A stretch of DNA of 64,000 nt from Octopus bimaculoides (Eukaryota): NCBI RefSeq assembly GCF_001194135.2, contig NC_068985.1:32603952-32667951 (forward strand), in the 5' to 3' direction. A program made the position numbers and the translations under genes. Below are positions 28,301 to 38,845 of this stretch, one piece after another. The notes below the pieces were generated by a model. The model made no database searches. It had not been told where the DNA came from and saw only the letters and a program-made list of their open reading frames with translations. How positions within the stretch are numbered: the first letter of the stretch is position 1; every line of letters starts with the position of its first letter.

Positions 28301-30538
28301 AACCCTCCCTATGGTGAGGATGTCAAAAGACTCCTTGGAGTTGCCATCAAATTAGGCAAGTAAAATTTTTTGTCATTATGAAAGAAAAAAACTATTTGGT
28401 TTGTTATATTTTCTTCAATATTCTAATTGATATAATTTTGCTTAAATGGAAACTTCAGTAATTTTTCATAGATTCTTAATTCTATTTTTTACTACAAAAG
28501 TTATCAAAAGTTTGTTTGATACAAACTTTAAAAATGCAAATTAATGTTTTTATCTCCTTTTAAATTTCTGTCAGATATTAAAAATGTGACATAACTATTA
28601 GATGCGAATTCGTTAATTACTTTTCGAGTGAACCTGATGTATTGAATGATTTCTGTAACTGTTACTTGAATGATAGATATTTTTGAATAGGAGTATGATG
28701 TCCTAATATTTATCCTAGCTTTCATGTTGTTAAGTTGTTGAGAGATGTCTCTTTGTGTAGAAATAGCAATATATGACAAGTTTTGGTCATAAGAGAAATT
28801 TGAACTCAGTACTGCAAGCTATCTATATTTTCAGTTATGTTGTGACTGTTATTTCTCAATGAGAGCTGTATTATCTTGTGGTACCTATTTATAAAATAGG
28901 CGATTAGATTGATTTGGACTTTGCCTGAGATTCATTGTGATACTAGTGATGGGTTATAAACTAGAGATCATTTGATTAAGAGCTTGACATTTTTTCACTT
29001 TGCTAGTTATAATTTACAGTGTAGTGATATATTTATTTTGGTTTTTCTGAAATCGTATGACTAAACCTTTCTGAACAAGAAAACCAAAACAAAAGCTATT
29101 TTATTTAGAGCACAAAAATATTATCTGATATATAAATAGAACATCTAACCAAGAAGCTTATCTGGTTTATTAATGGTATGTGTGTATTTGTATGTGCATA
29201 TATGTCTGTGAATGTTTACAACCTATATTGAGCTATGACTACAAATGGTGACATCACAGTTTGCAGCTCAGTTACTAACAGTGATGTCACTGTTTGTGGT
29301 TGGACTGCAACCAGTGATATCTGTTGACACTTCTTGTCAAGAAACTGGTTGCTAGTTCTGTGCTTTCAGATTCACTTGGTATATAAAAAAATTTCTACTT
29401 AAAATACTGGTTACAGTTAGGGAAAAGAAGATCATCTGGCTGTAAAAATCCTGCCTTAATGTCTAAGTTATTCTTATATGAAATAAGAGACATTGAAATG
29501 AACAAATGTTACAAGCAAGAAATATTTTAAAATTTATCTTTATAACTTAATATCATTGCTTTGTTGTATTGAAAACTAAAAACAAAGAAAAAAAAATTAA
29601 CTTTGTTTTGCTCTGTTTATTTTTAAATGTTTTTAGCAAACATTAATTAGTTGAGAAGACTTAGATGGATAGTTATTTGTTGGAATAACAGTTTAAGTCA
29701 CCAAAATAGGATATGATTAAACAGCAATTAACCTTGGTGGCATTAGAGAATTTATATATTTATTATCCTTTGTTTGTAACTAAAATCTATCTGTAATTGA
29801 ACATTTTTATTTATAGGAAGCAGTTATTTGCAGCAGTTTTGTGCCAGTGCTGTTAACGCTGTAGTCAGTCCATTCGTTCTCTACGACATTGCCTGGGAAG
29901 CTGCGCACTATCTGGCTCATAACAACCAGACTCCAGTGCACAACTGCCTGCGCTCAAACTTCCTCAACCCACTGGTGCAGAAGTGTATACAGATGTAAGT
30001 ATAATAGCTGTATGATCTAATACTTATATGACTTAATGATAGTTTTTAACATTGACCTAGATATATTAAAAGATATGATTAAATTCATTATTAACCTAGA
30101 GTTTATGCACTTTAGAGAACAGAAGAAATATGTCAAACCTATGCTTATCTAATGTTATTGTTATATTGTTAAACTTTTGTAAAATTCATTGTACTTTATA
30201 TATATTATACATCAAAACAACAAATCCAAGTAAACAATACCTTAGAATATGTAATTTAAAATTATCTTAGAAGAATAAGATATTGAATTATGTTTCCAGC
30301 AAGAGTTTTACAAAAGCATCAAAGGGTTAGTTAGTAAATATATTTTACATCACGACTTTTGAACATTAGTGCTGTTGGTTATAGTTTCCAATGGACCAGT
30401 TACTGGTTCACTGCATTCCTGACAGTGAGAGTAACAAGGGAATATCTATAATTCAATATAGAAGAAATAATTCAAGGAACTTCATTCATAAAGCATTGGT
30501 TTCTAAACGATATTTATATTTTTCACCAAAAGATATAT

Positions 30539-30570
<32 letters not shown>

Positions 30571-32510
30571 ACATCTGTTTTCCATGCTGGTTTGGATTGG
30601 ACAGTTTGACAGGTGCTGCACCAAACTCTGTTGTCTGCTTTGGCATGGTTTCTATGGCTGGATGCCATTTTTCATGCCAAAACCCATTCATGTATATATA
30701 GTGGGCTTTTGTGCAGTTTCTATCTACCAAATTCAACTTGCAGAAATAAGCAACCCTCTTGCCTAAGGTGGTATACAGTGAGATCATACCCAGTGTCATA
30801 TGGTTGTGAATGAACTTCTTAAATACAGTCGTGTGTGCATGAGAAGACCCGGCAAGCCAAGTGAGACCAAAATCCAAGGCCTCTGCCAGGGATGTAGCCA
30901 GCCCACTTATGCATACCTTTCCTCCATTGGACACTAAACTCCGCTTGCGAAGACCTGTTGAGGCAAGTGAAATCGAAATCAATTTGACGACTGGCCCCCA
31001 TGCCAACGTCTCCTCCATTGGACACTAAACTCTGCTTGTGAAGACCTGTTGGGGCAAGCGAAAGCAAAATCGTGATGGCACCACCGTTCGAGCGTGATCN
31101 NNNNNNNNNCTGGCTCCTGTGCAGGTGGCACGTAAAATACACCATTTTGAGCGTGGCCGTTGCCAGTACTGCCTGACTGGCCTTCGTGCCGGTGGCACGT
31201 AAAAGCACCCACTACACTCTTGGAGTGGTTGGCGTTAGGAAGGGCATCCAGCTGTAGAAACTGCCAAATCAGATTGGAGCCTGGTGTAGCCATCTGGTTT
31301 CACCAGTCCTCAGTCAAATCGTCCAACCCATGCTAGCATGGAAAGCAGACGTTAAACGATGATGATGATGGTAGAAGACCTGAATTTTAAAAATCTAGAG
31401 AAACTGCTTTTGAAAGGCTGCAAATCAATTTACAGAAAAATAAAATTTTGGAGTAGGACTGTATTTAGTTAAGAACCAAGATCCAATGGAATGTAAATCA
31501 AACCAAATAACTTCTATGTTTAACTATGGTTTATGCTGTTTCAGAAAAGTGTACTGTTGCTTCTTTTTATCTGCCACTTGTTTCCATGAAACATAATTCC
31601 CAATCAATATAATGGAGTTTAATTTCAATTATTTTTGTGTTAATATATGTGAATATATGGGATATTATTTGAGATGCTTAAACTTTATTATGCTGTATTT
31701 TTAAAATTTATTACAAAATGGTAACTATTCTCCTATATCACCTGATATTGCCTCTGACTGGGAAAATATAATTTTACCTTTATCACTTTGTGATTCATTC
31801 AAAGAGAATTTTTTTATCCCCCGATAAGTGACATACTTTCAGCCTTGGTATGGAAGTATGGTTTGCAAATGTGTATTATTACTAATATGGTTATCATACT
31901 CTTGTTGAGATTCTGTTTAATGTAGTTTTATTTATGTTAAGATTGTGGTTATTAGCAAATATCCTTGAAGCAATAGGGATTTTTACATTTTTTAAAACTA
32001 CTTATGAAGATTAAGTAATAGATGAATAATCTTTTTTACTTATTTTGTCTAAATGATATTTCTATTTTACCACTTAAGTATAAAAGTTTGCAAACCAACT
32101 CAATATGTAAATTAACTCAATTAAGTCAATAAGTACTAATATTTTAGATATTAGTACTTATTTTAAATATTTTAAATTTTTGAATAGTTTAAATATATTA
32201 AATTAAAAATTTGTTTCACACTATGCATTCTATCCTTGATTTCTTTTTTCCTTTTCTTTTTTATAGGTTCATGCATTGTGCGCATCATCGCATTCATCAT
32301 ATAACATCACCTGAATATGATGATTTTGTCAGCATCATCTGTACTGCACAGAAAGCATTCTGCATGTCCCCTGGGGGCCCTGTGCAGTTCAATGAGCTGC
32401 TCCAAAGTCTACGCCGCTCCAAGTCATGCCGCAAAGAACTCTGGCAGAAAATTGTCAATGGACTCACACGGGGAACATGTAATGTCACCAGCTCTAAAAT
32501 TTCTCTATAA
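448..32510 (+). CDS. ZSWIM8: Zinc finger SWIM domain-containing protein 8 (Cul3/EloBC adaptor for target-directed miRNA degradation), 5'-partial, 18 exons in window
   Basis: Spliced exons 448-568, 1713-1908, 2114-2480, 6871-7601, 8215-8356, 8449-8624, 9590-9776, 9920-10033, 10475-10599, 11030-11547, 11841-11944, 14563-14761, 19047-19327, 25307-25681, 26356-26948, 27986-28355, 29817-29994, 32267-32510 give one open frame (5021 nt, about 1670 aa) with consistent phases. Motifs such as PPAAAEWQSLLRPLRGREPEGMWNLLSIVREMF, EAEHPLLCEGTRR, PNQPSEASAHFMFELAK, NWLSRTYSSHVSWITGQAMEIG and EYDDFV match ZSWIM8/Dora as I recall them. Confidence 0.96.
1390..1590 (-). mobile_element. SINE family A head (tRNA-like plus CORE-like), diverged
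   Basis: Reverse complement of the ggcacaggagtggctgtgtgg...ccttgggcaagtgtcttc...aaactgaaagaag repeat seen many times in the window. Confidence 0.7.
1713..1908 (+). CDS. ZSWIM8: ZSWIM8 exon 2
   Basis: tttcag acceptor, CAG|gtaagt donor; DVNYLSSSAPPAAAEW. Confidence 0.95.
2114..2480 (+). CDS. ZSWIM8: ZSWIM8 exon 3
   Basis: ttctag acceptor, G|gtaggt donor; ILVWWF...FCDEIVTLWRLAALNP...GFKPAVEAC. Confidence 0.95.
2872..3325 (+). mobile_element. Two tandem SINE family B copies (about 2872-3090 and 3108-3325)
   Basis: ggcgagctggcagaatcgttagc...gagttcaaattcc (B-box-like)...gcctttcatcctttcggggtc, with (ATT)n tails. Confidence 0.75.
3361..4370 (+). mobile_element. 5'-truncated RTE-clade LINE (RT C-terminus, 3'UTR, (GAT)n tail)
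   Basis: RTAILHGSETWAVTAEDMRKL...MLHWMC...GRGRPRKTWDEVVKHDL; ends gttaaacgatgatgatgatg. Confidence 0.88.
4555..5000 (+). mobile_element. RTE 3' tail fragment followed by SINE family A head
   Basis: ggcgttaggaaggacatccagctgtagaaac...(GAT)n, then the SINE A head and (TA)n(TG)n. Confidence 0.7.
5420..6729 (-). mobile_element. Decayed mariner transposon, about 1.3 kb
   Basis: Fragments GFYEVCARWVPRELT, IVIGDETWAHHY, HDNARPH, YSSDLAPFDYHIF and WTRCIEKEGDYIEK stop. One terminus TA-TGAGGGGAAGTCAAAAATTATCC at 6731-6707; the other end is degenerate. Confidence 0.88.
6871..7601 (+). CDS. ZSWIM8: ZSWIM8 exon 4 (Ser/acidic disordered region)
   Basis: ttacag acceptor, GAT|gtaagt donor, 731 nt open, phase 1 to 0. 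Confidence 0.9.
7761..7989. mobile_element. TTAA-flanked MITE
   Basis: TIRs TTAACCCCTTAGCATTCA...TGAATGCTAAAGCTGTTAA; a second copy at about 60849-61078. Confidence 0.7.
8066..8118. repeat. (TC)n microsatellite
   Basis: Seen directly. Confidence 0.95.
8215..8356 (+). CDS. ZSWIM8: ZSWIM8 exon 5
   Basis: IWFARAEALHTHGH...LANPPD; G|gtactt donor. Confidence 0.93.
8449..8624 (+). CDS. ZSWIM8: ZSWIM8 exon 6
   Basis: TLAKAAFLCNVL...FGLEMPRPPASNKVLE; follows a 92-nt intron. Confidence 0.93.
9590..9776 (+). CDS. ZSWIM8: ZSWIM8 exon 7
   Basis: VKLAYQESE...LLKKIPLG...LASFIFDLFC. Confidence 0.95.
9920..10033 (+). CDS. ZSWIM8: ZSWIM8 exon 8
   Basis: ...EKLGFEAAVAALG; phase 1 to 1. Confidence 0.92.
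10475..10599 (+). CDS. ZSWIM8: ZSWIM8 exon 9
   Basis: LKANVSEAEHPLLCEGTRRQRGDLAITMLVHYKDDQAKLSK. Confidence 0.95.
11030..11547 (+). CDS. ZSWIM8: ZSWIM8 exon 10 (Ser/Thr-rich)
   Basis: IIDKLLDKE...; AG|gtaaaa donor, phase 0 to 2. Confidence 0.92.
11841..11944 (+). CDS. ZSWIM8: ZSWIM8 exon 11
   Basis: GKDTDSSALEEDGDDLKALEARIRCMTLRKKPSQ; phase 2 to 1 bridges the neighbouring exons. Confidence 0.85.
12345..13352. mobile_element. Old RTE LINE fragments in opposite orientations (minus about 12345-12880, plus about 12895-13352)
   Basis: Minus: KASVLHWMCSVSVH...GTCGRG plus 3'UTR. Plus: VNIEKT...CRKGV..NSIQC...LKLKGKTCAACV. Confidence 0.6.
14563..14761 (+). CDS. ZSWIM8: ZSWIM8 exon 12
   Basis: GMASIDSSAPETTSSDNSPTL...SSDSLGSSSS; AG|gtaata donor. 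Confidence 0.92.
14890..15272 (-). mobile_element. SINE family A, near full length
   Basis: Head and tail halves of the SINE A repeat around a CA tract. Confidence 0.75.
19047..19327 (+). CDS. ZSWIM8: ZSWIM8 exon 13
   Basis: RYKG...PNQPSEASAHFMFELAK...GPHRNLHLCAFQIGLYALGLHN. Confidence 0.96.
19552..20904 (+). repeat. Two head-to-tail copies of a 674-bp unit with internal 150-176 bp subrepeats; third partial copy at 21911-22157
   Basis: Units begin TCATTCAC at 19552, 20226 and 21911. The motifs TAACACCTGAAATC and GATAGATCTC..GAGGAATC recur about three times per unit. Confidence 0.8.
20951..21556 (-). mobile_element. Full-length SINE family A (gap in central microsatellite)
   Basis: Tail tactcttttacttgtttcagtcatttgactg to head cacagccactcctgcg. 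Confidence 0.85.
21585..21800 (+). mobile_element. SINE family B with an internal 35-bp tandem duplication
   Basis: cgagctggcagagttgttaac...; aataaaat.agtatcagctgagcactgaggt occurs twice. Confidence 0.65.
22440..22977 (-). mobile_element. RTE-BovB-type LINE ORF C-terminus with C2H2 knuckle
   Basis: LNAFHQRC...SIEAMVHKHQLRWTGNLIRMKDSRIPKQMLYGEL...CNVCSCVCLSRAGPISHQRSH. Confidence 0.85.
23355..24790 (-). mobile_element. RTE/RTEX-like LINE 3' half with a Cys/His zinc-finger insert in RT
   Basis: WPCSICIKGVGRNSIRCTQCKLWTHKRC...VCGRC; VDSFRYLGDQ; RLCWYGHVTRMDEDSCVKKC; shared 3'UTR. Confidence 0.88.
25307..25681 (+). CDS. ZSWIM8: ZSWIM8 exon 14
   Basis: GQAMEIGSAA...GHLTPPEVASLADRASR...GGGVYPEVLFEVA. 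Confidence 0.96.
26356..26948 (+). CDS. ZSWIM8: ZSWIM8 exon 15 (Pro/His/Gln low complexity)
   Basis: 593 nt open, ttcag acceptor, CAA|gtaagt donor, phases fit. Confidence 0.9.
27986..28355 (+). CDS. ZSWIM8: ZSWIM8 exon 16 (ends at a GC donor)
   Basis: YLMAAYRVGMLAMETLGR...KYARNPPYGEDVK; an alternative in-frame acceptor at 28001 is possible. Confidence 0.9.
29817..29994 (+). CDS. ZSWIM8: ZSWIM8 exon 17
   Basis: GSSYLQQFCASAVNAVVSPFVLYDI...LVQKCIQM. Confidence 0.92.
30541..31370. mobile_element. Composite of an RTE 3' tail (minus, about 30541-30700), a SINE fragment and an RTE 3' end (plus, about 30830-31370)
   Basis: (CAT)n on the left and (GAT)n on the right; RTE 3'UTR motifs as at 3770-4370. 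Confidence 0.7.
32267..32510 (+). CDS. ZSWIM8: ZSWIM8 terminal coding exon
   Basis: FMHCAHHRIHHITSPEYDDFV...QFNELLQSLRRSK...KELWQKI...SKISL stop. Confidence 0.95.
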
Positions 32511-33745
32511 GCAAAAAGATACTCTGGAAATAAATATTAATGCTGGCATTTGTTTGAGATGTCATCTTCTAAATTGCAGGCTGCAGTGTTAAATTCACTA
32601 TAATAAGTAACATCACAACTCATAATTTTTTCTAGTAGACATTAGTGAAAACACTTGCAATTAAAAGTTTACTTATTTGCCTTTAGTCCCAAGTAGGTAA
32701 GCAGATGTCTGTAAATGCAAGCATTGATAGCTTCAATTATTCAGGAATCATGCATTCACTCAATGAAGAAAATGTGATCTGCTGGAAATACATACCTAGG
32801 AATGTGTATTGTCACAATTAGTATAGTAAGCTAAATATAAGTCCTTGAATATTATAAAATATTATAAAAGCAGTGGTTTGTTTTTCTTGTTCACACCTCC
32901 GTTTGTATTGACCCTAATCTTTCTGTTGTTGCTGCTTGTCTAACAAGTAGAAGTTACATGGCTATTATTGGCTTTTTTTCTTTTTTTTTTGGGGTGGACA
33001 ATAATGTCTTCCTTGCAAGACAAATTAAAAATATGTGAATTCGAGGAAGAAAATGTTTTTAAAAATTTGGACTAGAAAAATTATTTTATAAAATTTTAAT
33101 TATAATTTCTTTAATTTAACTTTTAAAAAATTTTTAGTTCAAATTTTTCAAATTTTTTTTTAAGATGCATATTTTGCATATTTTATTAATAATTTGTCTT
33201 ACACTTTTGGAAATTTTTCCACTATGATTTTCCTTTTTTAACCTTTACTGTGTTAAATTCATTTTCACAGTTTCTTTGTTTTACTTTATGGAAGTCTGGA
33301 AATCTCAGGAATATATATACATATATTTTTTTTTTTTGTATAGATTTTCTTTCTTTCTGGTAACACTTTTTTGTTTTTGAAAGAACCTGTGGTTTGACAC
33401 AGCATAATACCATTGTGGGCCACCATTATAACCTTCTGCTAAAGTTATATTCTTACATTTATCACATCATGTCAGCAATCTTTAATAGATTGGACTTTGC
33501 TTCTGACTGCGGTAGTAATGCAGCTTGCATATCAGTGCCACAGTTTGAGAAAGCATTAAATTTGATATTATGAGTGAAGGAAAGTGTGAGTGTATATTTA
33601 CCCTGTTTACCTTGAAAATGGTGCTAACTTGAGCTTCCTCCTGCTATATTGTTGTTAGTATCGATCTCTTGGCAAAATACAGGCTTCATTAGATTTGAGT
33701 GTAGTTATTCTTTTAATTTCTTTCCTCCCCATCAAAATTTTCAGA

Positions 33746-34001
33746 TATATATGTACACACACACACACAAACAGTGTATATATATATATATACGTGTGTG
33801 TGTACATGTATGTATGTATGTACATATATATGTGTACATATATATATATATATATATGTATACATACATATATGTATATGTATATATATNNNNNNNNNNN
33901 NNNNNNNNNNNNNNNNNNNNNNNNNNNNNNNNNNNNNNNNNNNNNNNNNNNNNNNNNNNNNNNNNNNNNNNNNNNNNNNNNNNNNNNNNTATATATATAT
34001 T

Positions 34002-34034
<33 letters not shown>

Positions 34035-34082
34035 ACACACACACATACACACAGATATATATATACACATAGACACACATAA

Positions 34083-34134
<52 letters not shown>

Positions 34135-34243
34135 TTATATATGTATATATATATATATATACACATACACACAGATATATATATATATATTTATATATGT
34201 ATATATATATATATATATACACATACACACAGATATATATATA

Positions 34244-34289
<46 letters not shown>

Positions 34290-34328
34290 NNNNNNNNNNN
34301 NNNNNNNNNNNNNNNNNNNNNNNNNNNN

Positions 34329-34369
<41 letters not shown>

Positions 34370-34462
34370 TATGCATATATATATATACAGATATGCATAT
34401 ATATATGTACAGATATATATACATATGTGTACATATATATACAGATATATATATATGTGTGT

Positions 34463-34557
<95 letters not shown>

Positions 34558-34685
34558 NNNNNNNNNNNNNNNNNNNNNNNNNNNNNNNNNNNNNNNNNNN
34601 NNNNNNNNNNNNNNNNNNNNNNNNNNNNNNNNNNNNNNNNNNNNNNNNNNNNNNNNNNNNNNNNNNNNNNNNNNNNNNNNNNNNN

Positions 34686-34734
<49 letters not shown>

Positions 34735-34863
34735 GTGTATATATATTTATACATATACACCTATATATGGATATATATAGATATATATATACGTGTATAT
34801 ATATTTATACATATACACCTATATACGTGTATATATATATAAATATATATAGATATACATATA
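33746..34863. repeat. Long compound (TA)n/(CA)n microsatellite with assembly gaps
   Basis: Seen directly. Confidence 0.95.
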
Positions 34864-37459
34864 TTGAATCTGGCCTTCATTTTTTCCTTGTTATTGATCA
34901 ATATAACTTCATATTATTGACTAATTTATTTTTATTTATTTCATATATGTGTAGAATAAAATGTGTAATATAAACAAGTGACATATATTCAACATTTGTT
35001 ATGTATTGTTTGCTGCTGCTCTTGTGTTTCCTTGGAAGATGGTTGGCTGTGAAGCTATTTCAAAATGTCTAGCAGGTTTTAGAGAAATATTACTCTTCAT
35101 TACTTATCTAAGTACCTTAGTGTCTAATAGTTCCTTTTTCTTTTTTTACAGTAACTCTTTCCTTCTAGCAAGTTATGTACAGGAATACTTCAAGCAACTG
35201 CCCTCCAAAAAGCTGGTTGATTAGTTATCAACCTGTAGCAATGCAGTTTTAGTACTGTTCATATCTGCAGTGTCTCTGCTTTCTGCTCCTTCCTCAGAAT
35301 CATATTTCACCACACTTCATGTCATACCCTTAAAGATTTCTTAACATACTTACTCCCAGCTTTATTGCCTTTCCATTTTCTTCATTGGCTGCAGAATATT
35401 GGACAGAATAGCTTATTTGTTATTTTTTCATTATTCACGACTACTCTCTACTTCAATTTCTGCTTTGTATCTCTTCTTCTGCTGGTTCTTTTTCCTACAT
35501 TTTTTTAATAGCATGAAATTACTTGCATATGTCTGTGTGCATATGCACAAATACAATGGCACATTTGCATGTGCTCATATGTGACTGGCACCCCTGTCAT
35601 TTCAAAGGCTGGGTTCTGTTTTTCACCTCTTCTCATTCTCTTATTTCTGCAGCCACTTGTGACATTTGGTTCTTGATCATTGCAAATTACTATATGTGGC
35701 TGGTGCAAAGTTTAATAAGTTAATATCTAGATTAAAAAAACTTCTAGTTTACTCTACTCTTGCTTAACCAGTCTGCCTTGAATTTTTATTTCATATGGCC
35801 CTTTGCCAACTTTTGGCTTTTGACAGTTAGCCAAAGGAGGTGAAAAGAACTGTGAGGTTTCCTCATGAAAATGGTTAAGTCTAAGAATATTACGAATATG
35901 TTTTTGTTTCTTGAAATGCTGGAAAAACCAGCATATTCCTAAGACCTCTCCTTTCTTTCTCTTTCTTTCATTTCCTCTTTACTCTCTGGCTCACTTTCTC
36001 TCTTTCCTCTCTCTCTCTCTCTCTCTCAGTATGTTGGAGAAGTGGGATGCCAAGACTTCACATTAGTCCTTCTCTTTCATTCAGTCATCTATTTATATAA
36101 GTCTTTTTTTTTTCAATAATGAAAATAAAATAAAATAACTTTGAAATAAAATCACTATATACCAAACATATTGGGTTTTTTTTTTTTTTTTTTTTTTTTT
36201 TGCATTTAAAAAGAAAATAATTTCTCAGATGAACAGAAGGTAACATATTTATTATAGAGGTGACATAGTTATTTGAGTTCACTTTATTTAGGACATGACT
36301 GGATCCTATTTTACATATAACAGTGATGGAGGCAAAGTCAACCCAAATGGGATTCAAATTCAGAACACTTTTTGGTTCCTCTCTTTATGCTTTATGACTG
36401 AAGCCATGCTGACACATTGGATTCAAAGGTTTTAGTTGATCAATATTCACCACAGCTCCTTAGGAAATTATCTGGTATTTCTTTTATTGAATAGCTAAGT
36501 CCATCTTAGCATAAAAGGACATGAATTAAATAATTATAAAATATCTTTTCTTCAAGGTACCACTTCATTGACCTTACTTGCTGTGTAGTTTCTCTCTGTC
36601 AATTTCATTTACAAACTGATAGTAGAAAACACTTGTCCATGGTGTCACCCATGAGATCGAAGACCACATGACTACAAGAGCAAACTTCTTAACCACACAA
36701 CTATACTTGTCTGGGAATAATGTATTTCATTATCTTCTTCAAAAGTAAAATAATAAATGACTGGGGGTTTGGTAATTCTTAATTAGAATAAATTAGACTC
36801 TAGTGACATACTGTTTTCATAAACACACAAAAGAAAGGCTTACCTCATGATTAATAGCAAGTATAATTTTTTAAATAATAAATAGAGCTATATCTTAGTT
36901 AAACACAAGAGCATATGCAAAATATACTAAGGAGGGAAAATGACTGAAATGTCAGCATATTTTACTATAAGATGATTGTTGATAAACCAAAGATGACATT
37001 TGTTTCGTAGTTGTTGATGCACTCATTGAGATTTTGTTTAATGTATCTATCTTTTATCTTTAACCTTTTACTTTCAGTCATTGGACTGTGACCCTGCTGG
37101 GGCACTGTCTTAAAAACTTTCGCTGAACAATTAACCTCATACTTATGTTAAGTCTAGTACTTATTTTGTCAGTCTCCTATGCCAAACCACTAAGTTACCG
37201 GACATAAACCAGCACCAGTTGTCAAGTGGTGGTGGAAGACAAGCACAGGCACTTAAACATGCATGAGTGTGTGTGTGTGTGTATACACACACATGTTATG
37301 GGCTTCTACACAGTAAAGCTCCATTCTTACTTATAAAACACTCAACACCTTAAAAGCAAACACAAATTGCTGCCCAGCAAACTTTTTCTCAGGGCATCAA
37401 GTATATATAATATAAAAAATAACAAATCCAGAATTTGCAATTTCTTGAATGTTTTCAAG

Positions 37460-37840
37460 GCGCAGGAGTGGCTGTGTGGTAAGTAGCGTGCTTACCAACC
37501 ACATGGTTCCCGGTTTCCCACTGCTTGGCACCTTGGGCAAGTGTCTTCTACTATAGCCTTGAGCTGACCAAAGCCTTGTGAGTGGATTTGGTAAACAGAA
37601 ACTGAAAGAAGCCCGTCGTGTATATATATATATGTCTGTGTGTCTGTGTTTGTCCCCCAACATCGCTTGACAACCGATGCTGGTGTGTTTACGTCCCCGT
37701 AACTTAGTGGTTCAGCAAAAAGAGACCGATAGAATAAGTACTAGGCTTACAAAGAATAAGTCCTGGGGTCGATTTGCTTGACTAAAGGCGGTGCTCCAGC
37801 ATGGCCGCAGTCAAATGACTGAAACAAGTAAAGAGTAAGG
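37460..37840 (+). mobile_element. Full-length SINE family A
   Basis: ggcgcaggagtggctgtgtgg...gactgaaacaagtaaaagagtaagg. Confidence 0.88.
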
Positions 37841-38420
37841 ATCTGTTCTTTTGCTTACCGTTTTAAACCTGTACCCTCATATATTTCCATAAGGCATAGG
37901 CATAGACATAATCCCATATGTACATGACACCACACATCCTCCTAGCATTCACTAGACAGTCGTAATTATGTCAATGACCTAGAAATGTGGCTCCAAAATG
38001 ACAAAAAGCAATAACTATAAAATTCATTGTTTCCTTTGTTACCAGCAACATTAGAGAACATCAAGAACGATCAGCACTCAGTGACATAAAACATACCACA
38101 GACACAAAGGACACAAATGTAGTCAATAGTGCATAGATTAACATTAATCACATTTTGTATTTGCATGTGTGTATTCTGCTATTCTTTTACTTGTTTCAGT
38201 CATTTGACTGCAGCCATGCCGGAACACCATCTTGAAGGGTTTTTAGTCAAACAAATTAACTCCAGGACTTATTTTTGAAAACCTATTATTTTATTGGTCT
38301 CTTTTGCTAAACTGCTAAGTTACAGGGATGTAAACACACCAACACCAGTTGTCAAGCAGTGATGGGGTAACAAACAAACACAAAGCCACACACAGATACA
38401 TACATACATATATATACAAA

Positions 38421-38630
38421 AGTTATGAAGTGGAGTATGGAAAATCCGAGCTACATATGTTTCATAGCAAGTGGAACCTCAAAAGTGGTAAAATCCAAGT
38501 AAGGTGTATCGCACCAGTTACTCTTCAGTACCAAGTGAGGTATATACCTCACTTGGATTTTACCACTTATGAGGTTCCACTCGCTATGAAATATGTGCAG
38601 CCTGGTTTTTCCATACTCCATTCCCTAACT
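38421..38630. mobile_element. Fold-back MITE, about 210 bp
   Basis: Arms of about 85 bp (tggagtatggaaaa...aatccaagt / acttggatt...ttttccatactcca). Confidence 0.75.
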
Positions 38631-38845
38631 CTTGTATTCTTATTCACACACTCAGCAACCCTGGTCGCCTACCATAAAAAGAACTCTTTTTAGCTTATTA
38701 TTCTTCGATAAAAAAAAAAAAGTCCACAACCTTCCTTCTCAATAAACTACTATTGTTCCTGAAAGTTGTTTTTTATATATTCACTAGGGATTGCTGGAAG
38801 CTAACTTTCTTCCTACACCTCAATCTCTGAATCTAACATTTATAT

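Noticed and set aside
33649-34973. Long ORFs of 100-400 aa (YIYI..., with X runs) here and at 21123-21528, 22852-23434, 49576-50844 and 56311-57577
   Set aside because: Translations of TA/CA microsatellites and N gaps, not genes.
37460-37540. tRNA-like A/B boxes in SINE heads
   Set aside because: No cloverleaf; these are SINE promoters. No tRNA, rRNA or CRISPR feature was found in the window.
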